This document shows positions 13,284 to 24,700 of a stretch of 64,000 nt of DNA, piece after piece (position 1 is the first letter of the stretch; each line of letters opens with the position of its first letter). This stretch comes from Trichodelitschia bisporula (Eukaryota). Under the pieces are notes generated by a model that worked only from the letters and a program-made list of their open reading frames with translations, was not told where the DNA came from and did no database searches. Position numbers and translations under genes: made by a program. The stretch lies in NCBI GenBank assembly GCA_010356995.1, contig ML996700.1, positions 682,001 to 746,000 on the forward strand, in the 5' to 3' direction.

Positions 13284-14460
13284 ATGATGTGTAAATACTC
13301 CCAATACGTCAAACCCCTGGATGTAGTAAGATTCGGGTTCATGCTTCAGAGCCACCCATTTCAACGGTCTTTATCCGAGTACATTCAAGGTCATGCATCT
13401 AAAGATAGTCCTATCAACAAATCATTAGGTGCTTTTCCTCAGGTGAACTTGCGGTCATGCACGTTACACGCCCTCCGTCCCTGTATTAGGACTTAGCCAA
13501 GAACCAGGCATACTGCCAAGGTTAAGATGAACAAGGCCATTGCGGATGGTGAGCTTTTAACGGGTTATTCAAATGCGAGTTATTCAGCTAGCTAACACGT
13601 AGTTAGCCGTCATAAAGACGTGCCCAGGGCTCCGAATGATGTGGGTAGGAGCTCATGGGGTCATGGCAAGCACAACTTACTCACAACCGCCACATAGCAG
13701 GCTCAGATGTGTATTTAGCAAGCGCGCCCAGCCCACATCCTCAGGAGGGCAGGCGTGGGCGGTATTGTTTACCCTAGGTTAAGGGAGGAGCGCTATGGGA
13801 GGTGGGCAGGAGTTATGGTATGGCATCTGTACTTATCGGAGCTAGCCCCTCGACCCTCTTGGGTTGAGTGTCTTTCATTCAGTTTGCTTTTCGCTTCACC
13901 ACGCCTTTATGTGTCCGTTACCACAACATCCGAAGCCTTCGGGTACCTGGGGAGGGTAAGTATATTTCCATTCTCTGTCGCCTGGGAGATTAATGTGATA
14001 TAGTTGAGATGGAAGATCTTGTCCGATGGCTCGATCGATTGCCGAACCTACGTTCTTTAGAGGTTTTAGACGGCAACTCCTTGAACGAGAGGATAGCAAA
14101 GATCTGCCGGGAGAGCCGCCCCACACTGAACGCATTAGTCCTGACCTCGTAGTAGGTATGACCCACGAGCTCCATTTCTCTTCTATATAAGAGCACGACT
14201 AACTGACCTCTCTAGGCATTCTGCTACCGCAGACCAAGATCTCTCTCGCTTCCTCGAAGCGCTGCCGCAGAACCGTCTGCGCAGACTAGACTGCCACGTC
14301 GACATCAGCTTAGCGGCGTTAGCCATGCCCACATTGGCCCTCCCGCACAGTCAGTCTCTGCGACAATCGGGGGTAGACATTGATCGCAAGACCTTCTACG
14401 CCCTCGGGCACCTCCGATGATGTACCGCTCTGAACACTCTCAGGATTCGGGCCCTATACA
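13284..14460 (+). pseudogene. Degenerate RNI-like LRR gene, copy C
   Basis: KYSQYVKPLDVVRFGFML..|intron containing ATGCATCTAAAGATAGTCC|CFSSGELA; WLDRLPNLRSLEVLDGNSLNERIAKICRESRPTLNALVLTS** followed by intron GTATG 14156..CTCTAG, homologous to 81-146 and 1311-1372; then DQDLSRFLEALPQNRLRRL. Many stops. Confidence 0.7.
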
Positions 14461-14469
14461 CCTCGAGAC

Positions 14470-14780
14470 TAAGCATCCTTATGCTGAGTTCTTCAGAACC
14501 CTGGATCTTGACAATCAAGGGGACACAGTCAACAGCTACGAATTTCGAAATTCGTTATCCGCGTAGTTCAAGGCTATGCATCTTAAGATAGTCCTGTTAA
14601 TGATAATTAGATACTTCTCCCGGATTCGATGACAAGGGACCTCGTACAGACGTTCGTACGATGATTACTGGATGGTTGCGGGAGTGCCACGGCCTCGAGT
14701 CCCTGGAGTTGAGTGGTGACTGCTTCTCATACGAGATGGTGACACCCATCTTAAAGAGAGTGATATCACTCCCGCCACCC
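14470..14780 (+). pseudogene. Internally deleted RNI-like LRR gene fragment, copy D
   Basis: PYAEFFRTLDLDN. The 25-mer ATGCATCTTAAGATAGTCCTGTTAA at 14576-14600 is identical to 1016-1040. Then ITGWLRECHGLESLELSGDCFSYEMVTPILK, whose DNA closely matches 1724-1750. Confidence 0.65.
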
Positions 14781-17271
14781 AAGAACGGAAGGAGCAAGCA
14801 TGGAAACCACCGCAGAGCTGAACCTTGGGAAAAGAGCTGACGACTGAGGTACGCGGATCGGAGCTACCCACCTGTTGCTTCCGTGAAGGCTTCCTACACG
14901 TTGAGGCTCTCGATGAAGACGGAAGCAAGCAGATCCGCTATATCCCGACCCAGATGGAGTTGCAGAGCTGCATGGGGAATGTTGGTGCGAAAGTGGACTT
15001 TGGCACGTATCGCTGTTGTCGGACTCCGTGCTCGCCGTTGAAGTGGTGGTGAGGTGGTGGGATGATACCATGGGACGGGAACGACCACCTGAAGCAGCGG
15101 AGCGTGTAGAATGAACACCTTGTTGTATGTAAAGTTCAGGCTTCCACACAACCAGATTTGTTGACCCTCTGTGCGAACGCAGAGTTACGCAGGTCTGGAC
15201 ACGCAACGCACTAATGAAGAGCCAACGTGCTGAAAAGGGGTTCTCAGTACCACTGAGGGAATCCGGGAATGCTCGAAAGTAGTTCTAGTCGAGGTTTCCT
15301 CCATCCGTGGTTCATACGGAGTTGATCGATGAGCCTGCCAGCAGAGGTGACCCGGCAGCAGCTATGCAGAAAAGTAAGTGGGACATCACGGTTGTGGGTC
15401 AGTAGGCTCATAGAATATGCGGAAAAGGTTACGATCCAGTGTCATGGCTGTCGGTGATGTGGCATACAAATCAACCGAATGGAGGGTATGACCCAGTGCT
15501 ATGGTGGTCGATGATGCGGCACACGAAATCAGCCGAAAGGAGAATATGATGATGGTTGAGCTGGAGTGGCACGAGTGGTATGTGGTTGAAGTCGTGGAGT
15601 TTTGACTCCGACACGGCATGTCGTCACTGGCTGTCTCCGATATCGGAGTCTTGGTCAGTCCACTGACACGTGGAAATGATATCACCTGACGGGTGGGACT
15701 TCTCTCCATCTTTCTCTTGTCCTTCCACGTCTGCCTGAACTGCATCCTTCCAGAAGATGTTTTGATGAAGATGAATCTGACTGATCTATTAACAACCTCT
15801 TGTCCTCATCGACATCTTTCCTCAAATGCTTCTCCCCACGTCGTATTTCCTTCGGTGCCAAACCTCCCGAGATTGCCTGGACGACATAATAATAGCAATG
15901 GGTCATCACGGCCCCAGGAAACCCGGCTCGCGCTCCCGTTAAGCGTTGAGTTTAGCAGGGGATATGAATGAGATGGGCGCATTACACACCGGGGGTTGCC
16001 CACGCAGTCGGCACTGCCTAAGCATCCGGTGCATCTTGGGCATCTCTGATCCCGGTCCTTCGCCCCATCAACCATGTCGCTCTCCTCCTCTCAGCCTCTC
16101 GCCCTCGGAGGCTTTGCGCGGGTTTCTGCATCTCCGCGTCGCAAGGCCGCCCACCGGCCGATGAGCTTAAGTTAACCTCGCCATTCCGGCCAAGACGCCA
16201 CCAAGCGCTTCGTCATGACCGACAGGATCATCACCAGATGATCGGTCAAGAGGCGACAATCTCTCCCATGAATCTCAGTTCTTCGACCTGACTGTCGAGG
16301 CAGGTCAATAAAGCGGAGTCAGATGCAGGCTTATCTATCACCTCAGGGCGGCGGATGATGGATGGGTGATGGCTAGGAGTCCTGGCAAATCGCCAGATGC
16401 GTGCAGCTGCTTCTCCTCCTCGCCCTTTCACGCCCAGCGGGCTGCCGAGCGGCGTCGCGTCAGGTGGGCAGTGAGCTCCAGGTATCTCTCAATGGATTCG
16501 CCGCATCACCACCAAGCTGCCTCTTCCCCAGCAGCCTTTTGTGGAGTGTTGCACATCCCCTTCTCCCCCCCCCTCCTTGAGCCGTCCCCCCACAGGCTTA
16601 CCCTCCACTACCATCCACCGTCCCCCTGTTTGCTGCAACCACCAGCTGCGGGAGACAAGCAGAGTCGACGCACCCTCCCACCTTGGCCCCGCCTTAGCAT
16701 TGCGCACCGTTGTGAGCTAAGTCTAGTTGCTGGCGGTAGACGGGCATGGTGTTTTGGAAGACGGGCAAGAAGCAACGTGGGCTCCAACCTGACAAACACC
16801 ACTTACGGGCAACAAACTCAACCACTCACATTCGCATCGCCATTTCATTTCTTTTTCTCCTGCACAAGAAGGAAGCCGGTTGGCCACTCTCTGTTGTTCT
16901 ATCAATCTGTCTGCACACCCCGCGCTTTCGCGACCTACACAAGCGCGGACAGCTCATCGCCCCGCTCCGCTGCCCGCATCCTAGCGCTGCCGGCGGACTT
17001 TGTCAAAAAAGCCGACCCCCCAAGATCTGAGGCGATACTCAACAAATACCCTCAACCCACCTCGCTCTTCACTTACCGCTCATCCTACTACTTACTCTTT
17101 GAACCCCACCCCTTCGGTATTTCAACGCGCAGGAAATAATCCTTCGACGCTTCATACCCACCCCGTCGCGTCGCTCCGGATTTTACGATCCTCCGACGAC
17201 GCCCCACCTGAAGCTGTCTTTGAACGTATCCCATCTCCCAACCTCCCAAACTCTCCTCCCCATCTTTTATC

Positions 17272-18826
17272 ATGGAGACTTCCATCCGCACAGCTCCCCA
17301 ATATGAGCCGCGACCAACTCTTGAATCCCTTCTCTCCAACGCCGTCGTCCTCCGCCAGATCGCGCCGCATCTGCCCCCACCGGCCCGGGCCGCCCTGCGC
17401 GTCACGAGCAAGCACCTCCACGACATCGTCACGTACTCACCCGACGCGCACCGCTATCTCGACCTCTCTCACATCCGGCGCTTCAACTCACGCGTCCTCT
17501 TCGCCCCAACGCGACGCGACATCACCCCCAACGATGAGGCCGACTCCACGAGCACCCTCTCGCAGGTCCCCAACGCCGCGGTGCTCTACCGCACCCCACT
17601 AGCCTCCCGCCTAACCCCCCACCCCCACCTCCCCAACGTGCGCACCCTCATCCTCGACACCCTGCCCATCACGACCGAATTCCTCGGCCCCATCCTCCTC
17701 AACACCACCTCCCTCTTCAACCTCCGTACTCTGTCCATCCGCCAGTGCCCTCAGCTCGAAGAGCGCGCTCTCGCCCGCATCATCCGGCATGTCGTCCGGC
17801 CCGACCGGCCCGCCGGCACCCCCGCCATCAAGGCGATATATTTCTTCGGCCCGAAGGACCAGGACCAGGACCACGCGCCCATCACGCCTGCACCCATCCC
17901 CGCCGCGCGCACCTCTCCCCGCGTTGTTCCCCGTCCGGTATCCAGCCGCTCGCCTTCACCGCCGATGGGCGTGACACGGGTACCCAGTGCTTGGGCCAAC
18001 GCGACCGCACCCAAGGGCGGCGGCCCCGCGCACGTTGACAAGTGGTACGCGCCGAGCGGGCGCATGGTCCGGCGCACGCCGAACGAGGAATGGGCCGAGA
18101 CGCTGGCGGCCTGCGCGGGGCTTATCGCGTTCGACACCGTGTTATGCCGCGGGCCCAGACACGCGCCTGACTACGTCGTTGACCCGAACGCGCCGCACGC
18201 GTTGGCTGCCCTGCCGCCTATGCTTGCCACGGTGGCGCTGGGCCCGAGTGGATGTGCCAAATGTGGAGAGACGCCCGAGGGGAAGGCGCACTGGGGTGAT
18301 GCGCCGCCGTCGTGGTTGCCCGTCTTGGCGCCGGTCGGATGCCATGGCGAGGAGGTGGGGCGGTTGCAGCGTCCTGTTTGCGAGGCTGGGAAGCCCATGC
18401 CTGGCCTGGTGGCCCGATGCGTAGAGTGTTTGCGGGAGCGGTGGTGCGAGCGGTGCAGCAAGTGGTGGTGTGAGAGCTGCTATACGCCTGGTGGTGCGGG
18501 GCTGGGGGAGGTACTCGGGGTGGCGGAGACGGTGGTCGAAGGGGAGCACCACCATGGGAAGATGGGGAGTAAGCGCGAGTGCTTTGGGTGCGGACAGACG
18601 GTGAGTTTGAGGGTGCGTGGGTGTGGGATATCTGCTAATGGGTTAGTGCTCGGGTTGCAAGGAGCTGTATATCCGTGCTTGTCGCAAGTGCAACAACGAG
18701 TATTGCGTTGTGGATAATGACGGCGCGTCGGGCGATGCTGTAAGTTTCCCCTTCCGTGGATTTGACACAAGGCTGACGGTCCAGTGCGATTGGTGCAACT
18801 ACAGCGGGCGGCGCTCGCGTGTCTAG
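17272..18826 (+). CDS. Conserved fungal F-box-like/LRR protein with Cys-rich (CxxC) C-terminus
   Basis: F-box-like N-terminus LESLLSNAVVLRQIAPHLPPPARAALRVTSK; LRR-like LPNVRTLILD and NLRTLSIRQCPQL; multiple CxxC (CVEC..WCERCSKWWCESC..CFGCGQTCSGC..CRKC..CDWC). Introns 18601-18646 and 18740-18784 restore the Cys-rich tail ending RRSRV*. Confidence 0.8.
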
Positions 18827-20535
18827 TGAGGACATGGTTTTGGTGATTTGGCGTCTGGTGGGTGTTATATTCTGGACGCGGGGATGCGATGTGTGTTTTG
18901 TGCGAGCGCGGCCGCGAAGGCCGGACTATGGTATACCCTCTTCGCTCATGATTGCTGTTTGTTTAGCGGGATTCGGGGTTTCTGAGATAGGTTTTTTAAT
19001 CTAGTAATGTGTTCTTGTTCTGGGTGTTGTGTTGCGCTTGCTGGTGGTGTGATGGCGACGGTGAGGGTGGGGTTTGAGAGGCGCGGCGATTGAATTATCG
19101 TCTTGTGCTGGAGAAGGGATCTGGTGAGTGTGATGTGTTTGAGGAGGCTCTTTGCTGTGGCTCTTTGCTGTGGTATGGAGAAGAGGAGAGGAGGGAGTGT
19201 GAATCTGGTGCTGGTAAGCCGTGTTTTGTTCAACCCCGCGCAACCCGCAGCAAAACCCGGATCTGCTTGTCCGGCCACACGCAAGCCAAGCGAAGTTTCC
19301 GAGCCGAGCATCGTGGGTGCTTGGCCTTTGCCACTCTCTTCCCGAACACAAACGACATCGACGACAGCAACACAACACGTCGATTTCCAAAGAGCGAGTT
19401 CAAAAACATAACGACGGTGAAGTTCTGAGTAAATCTAGGGGAGTTCGGCGGAAACGATTATCGTGGGGAATTTGCGCTGTTTAATCCGCTCCCCTTGCTT
19501 CCCTGTGGATTGGGTTCTTGGTCCGGTCTGCCCCGAGGCTTTCCCGGGATAAGGGCCGGGTGCGGGCTGGGCGGCGGGGGTGGGCGGAGGTTGAGCGGGA
19601 CGCGGGGGTTTGGTGGGGTTGGGAGGGTTTGGCAGGAAGATATGGTGGTGCTGAACTGATGCTGCTGATAGTGGTATGCGTACAGCTGCTGCTGTTGTGG
19701 GCGGATTTGATGTTGGATAGTGTATGGTGATGGCGGGCAGCCTTGTTGATGCGGGGTTGGAGGGGTGATGCCGATGCGGCGGGGTCTTTGTGGGATTGGT
19801 GGTGGGGGTTTGCTTTGATGTGTGTTTATGAGAGGGGACCATGGGGTTGTTGACGGGCGAGAATCGTGAGGCTTTTGTTGAGCTTGATACTGCTGCTTCT
19901 CGCAATTATCGTGGAGGTGGGGGCCGCATGTGCGCATTTGCCGATGCCTTTGCCGGCTCGTGTGCGGAGGAGACTCCGGTCGGGAAGAGGAGTGCAGCCT
20001 TGAGCGCGATGACTCGTTCAACGGCTTGCTAGAACTAGGAAATAGCAGTGCGAACAGTCCCCTTCAAGCACGTAGATATTCTGCTTCTGCTCCACAAGCG
20101 ACTCCTACTCGAGTTCCCTATGGCCCAAAGGCTGTCCACACCAAAGCCTCCAATCGCGGGTAACGCTTCACATGCCGGCCGTGCCAGCCTTGCGACCGTG
20201 AACCAGCTACTCCATCAAGTCGTGCGAAAGACACTCCAATGGCGCGATATGGAGCCAGAAGCCGGGAATACGATCACTATTTACTGAATACTATTCAGCA
20301 TCTCGATCCTCCCCTCAGTAACCCAGCAACCTAGCCTCCCAACCCTGAGGGCCAGTCCCCACCCCGCGCGCGCCGCAGTACCTTAGCCCTGGACCTCGGC
20401 AATTGCGCGGCATCAGCACGCGCCTTAGAAATACTCGCGAACACCCTCAACCTCAACCTCAACCTCCCGTCCAAACCCCCACCAACCCAATTCCCTAACA
20501 CCAATTAACCTCACCACCACCCACCCACCGCAACC

Positions 20536-21515
20536 ATGTCCGGCCCCGGCGTCGGCTTCGAATACCCCCCCGTCGCTGTCTCCTGGCTCAAGCGCGACGT
20601 CCTGCTCTTCGCCTACAGCATCGGCGCCACCGTCGACGAACTCAACTTCCTCTACGAACTGCACCCCAAGTTCGCCGTCTTCCCGACTTACCCCATCATC
20701 CTCCCCTTCAAGCACACGGACATCGATGTCGTAGACTTCTACGCGCGCCAGGCCGCGGTGCCCATTCCGGGCGTGCCCGCGTTTGACTCGAAGCGCGTGG
20801 TGGATGGGGAGCGGTTTATTGAGTTTTTTAAGCCCCTCCCGCCGACCAGTGCGGGGCGCACGTTTGAGGTGCGGAGTAAGATTCTGGGGGTTTATGATAA
20901 GGGGAAGCCGGGGAGTGTGGTGGAGACGGAGCAGAAGCTCGTCGATAAGGTCAGCGGGGAGGTGTACTCGCGCGCTGTTGGGAGCGGGTTTTTCGTCGGA
21001 CAGGGCGGATGGGGCGGACCCAAGGGTGAGCTCCCCCCCCGTACCTTACCCACGCATGCAAGCTGACCCTCGCAGGCCCCAAGCAGCCGAGCTACAACCC
21101 GCCGGCAAACACAAAGCCCACCGTCAGCTTTTCGATCCAAACGACGCCCGAATCCGCGCACCTCTACCGCCTGAACGGGGACTACAACCCTTTGCACGCG
21201 GACCCAGAGCCAGGCAAAAAGATGGGCTTCGGCGGCGCCATCATGCACGGGCTGTTTAGCTGGAACTCGACTGCGCACGGCCTGCTGCAGCACCTGGGTG
21301 GGAGCGATCCGGCGAATATCAAGAGCTTCCAGGCGCGCTTTGCTAGCCCTGTGAAGCCAGGGGATAAGATTGTGGTTGATGCATGGAGGATGGGGAATGC
21401 GGATAAGGATGGGTTTGAGGAGGTTAGGTTTGTGGTGACAGTTGAGGGGGGGAAGGTGTGCCTTAGTAATGGGAGGGCGTTTATTAGGGTTGTGGTGGGT
21501 AAGAGTAAGTTGTAG
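20536..21515 (+). CDS. Peroxisomal MaoC-type 2-enoyl-CoA hydratase 2
   Basis: Hydratase-2 motif YRLNGDYNPLHADP, GFGGAIMHGL and ARFASPVKPGD; C-terminal SKL (PTS1). Intron 21026-21075. Confidence 0.93.
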
Positions 21516-21792
21516 GTTGGGGGTGTAAAATATTTGGAGTTGTGGGGTTTGAATGACTTATCTGATGTCGTGAAGGCTGGTTTTTTCTTTGTCGTCTGAT
21601 GTGACTTTGAGTGTTCCGATGGCTGATGGAATCACAGTGATGCCAAGATGGTCAAGATGCATTGGAGACGTAAAGTAAATTCATTCAAAAGGTGATGCAG
21701 CTGGAAAATCTTCATCATCCGTCGTCGACGTTCGCTATTTACCTCAAACTCTAGAAACCCTAACACCAAGGTACCATGAATCCGATCGTGAA

Positions 21793-24700
21793 TCACGTCA
21801 TCCCGACGCCAAACAGACAAAGAACACGCCAAAACGCCTGAGAAGAAAAGATGAAGCCGCGAAGAATGAGCACGCAATATTCACGGGTCGTCGAGATCAA
21901 GCCGGAACCAACTAACATCTGTGCTCGCCACAGATTTATGTCGCAATCTTTCCGCAGCCTTGCTGGGAATACCGACAGCAGGAGAAGTCTGCGGGAGCGG
22001 ACTGGCGGAGCGGGAAGTTCATCAGATTCGACTAGCCGACCCGGCGCCTGCAGTTCGTCACTAGCATATGGGGTCAGCTCTGCGCAATCGACAACAGGGG
22101 AAGAAAGAAGGAGGCTCACGTTTTGATTCGGTGGAGAAGGACGACGCGCTCTATCCCCGCGGAATTTCATGCTCTGTCGACGGTTGAGGGGACGGAGTAT
22201 TTTAGCGCATTTACGATATCCCCGAGTCCACGGGAGGACGCTGATCACTTCAAGCGCGGCCCGTCCTTCGTGGTCTGGAAGGTTGACATCAATGCCAGCC
22301 CTCAAGGAGCATATCGATGATAGATTCGTGTCTATGCGGGTACCCGGGTGTGCTTGAGGTTACGTGTCGGACAGCATGATGGAGGGCGGTACCCCCCGGT
22401 TGAAGTTCGACCTTTGGCATAGGCGTAACTCTGAAGTTGAGATCCAGGTTACGTCCAAGAGCCACCAGCATTTGGATAACGGTTTTGCTCCCGTATCTGG
22501 CGGCAGTTTCCACAACCCTGAGTCCATCCCCATTTACTTGGCGGAAATCCGCACCATAATCGAGCAGTACTTGGGCTACATACCCGAAGTTGCCCGTAGC
22601 CGTCAAATCGAGGGCAGTCGATCCCTTGTAGCCACACTGGTGAATAGAGGCGCCGGCATCCAAAAGGTAATTGACGATATCTAGGCGGCCAAACCAAGCC
22701 GCCTGGTGGAGGGCGGCCGAGCCCTGCTCGTCACAGTGGTGAATAGAGGCGCCTCTATCCAAGAGGATCTTGACGATCTAGGTTGCCATCAATTGCAGCA
22801 TAGTGAAGTGGTGTTCCTTTCTCAAGGTCCTCGGCATCAACATCGACTTGCCAAAATGTGAGTAACCACTCAGCCATCACCGTGCGGCCTTTGGTTCCGG
22901 CCGTATGAAGAAGAGTGCAGCCTAGGGTATCTGCCCAATTGAGGGTACTAGTACCCAGAGTGTGGTAAAGCATCGATTGACAGACTGCGTGAGCACCGGC
23001 CTTGATGGCTACGTTTATCGGAGTCAGGCCGGATTTGTCTGCGGCGTAGGGGTCGGCACCCACATCAAGAAGCAGTTTGACTGTAGGCTTGCTCCTAGAT
23101 CCCGCAGCATGATGCAGTGAATTTTGGCCACGGACGTCTGTAATGTCAACGGCGGCACCATGTGTGAGCAGGAGTTGGACATCATCCTCGTGTCCATATT
23201 TTGCGGCGTGGTGCAGCGGAGTCCTTCCGTTTTTACCGCAATGGTTTGGACCACTTCCCCAACTGAGAAATAGCTCCACCGTAGTCTCGGGCCCATACTC
23301 AATAGCTAGGTTCAGCGCATTCCGGCCATTTGAGTTTATGGCGTTAATGGCCGCACCGCTATCATGCAGTATCTTGATCACAGGTTCGTGCCCAACTACC
23401 ATAGCATGATGCAGCGGAGGCATTCCGTCTTTGCCAAGCCTGTTTGGGTCACTTCCCCCAGCAAGAAGCGCTTCCACAACAGTCTCCCATCTGGACTCAA
23501 TGGCTAGATGCAGTGCATCCCGGCCACGCTCATCTTTGTTGCTAACGAGAGCACCATACTTAAGCAGCAGCCTGACTGCAGCCTCACTCTTGGACTTCAC
23601 GGCCAGATGCAGGGGAGTCGTTCCCCTGGAAGTCGGCATGGTTAGCGCCACTTTTCCCCCTAGCGAGCAGCAACTCCATGGTGTTCACATTTCCGAGCTC
23701 ACTAGCCAGGTGCAGTGGAATCTGACCAAAGGAGTCTATGGGGTTGACGACGGCATCAACTTTAAGCAACATATTGACCCCGGCCTCGTTCCTGGATTTG
23801 GAAGCATGATGCAGCAGAGTCCTTTTGTCATTGTTAGGATGTTGTGGGTCACTTCCCAGGGTGAGAAGCAGCTCAGTGATGATCTCGTTTCCAGATCTAG
23901 CAGCAGTCTCGAGTGCCGCTTGCGCCCAGTCAAAGCCGGAGATATCGCTGGGGAGACTGAGCTTCGCCATGGTCGTGATAATGAGCTTCGCCATGGTCGT
24001 ATTCTGCGACTCTATGGTTTCACACAAGACCTTGCCTAGAGGTTCTCCGGTAAAGGAAGGGTGGGTAACTATGGTCCCAGGAGAGCAAGTTTCTGACGAG
24101 AATTTCAGATCCATGCTTCACTGCCTCACAGAACATATCCTGAAGCAACGGAACATGCTGGAGTGACAAGTTGTCGAAGAGGATCTTGGCGATATCGTCA
24201 TTTCCGTTTTCCAGAGCAAAAGGTAACGCCCGGCAGCCCCAGTCACCGAAATCGAAGTTTGGGCGGTCGTAAACCGTGGTGTACGCCTTATTCCCAATGG
24301 CAGCTGCCCACATAAGCGCCGGCCCAAGGTCTTCTTGATCGAGCGTATCTGGAGACTGCCACTCTGGAAGTTTACGCAGGAGGTCGAGCGGGATCCTTGC
24401 TTTGTTGGTGACGCATATGATGTGCTTCCTGCCGTATTTCCGTGCGTATAAGAGAAAGGGGTGTTCCCTAATTGGTTCGACGTGTCGATATCTTGCCGTG
24501 GTCATGATCCCAGCAAGGTCAACATCGGACTTGCTCCGGAGGTTCAAGAGCTTTGATGCCCAACCTTGGACCCTCTTCCCGGTCGCATAGTCTAGAGTTG
24601 ACTTGAGGACATGATCCGGAATTGACGCGGCCACGTTAAGTGACCCTCCTGTCCTGGCGATTTGCGTCTCGAAAATGCTGTAGTTAAGGTACGTGATTAT

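Noticed and set aside
15386..17139. Several 75-257 aa ORFs upstream of the F-box-like gene
   Set aside because: No recognisable domain or coherent splice model; composition resembles promoter or 5' UTR.
18946..20287. Pro/Gln-rich minus-strand ORFs (187 aa, 156 aa)
   Set aside because: Low complexity, non-ATG starts and stops in the flanking frames; could be a decayed gene but I cannot support it.
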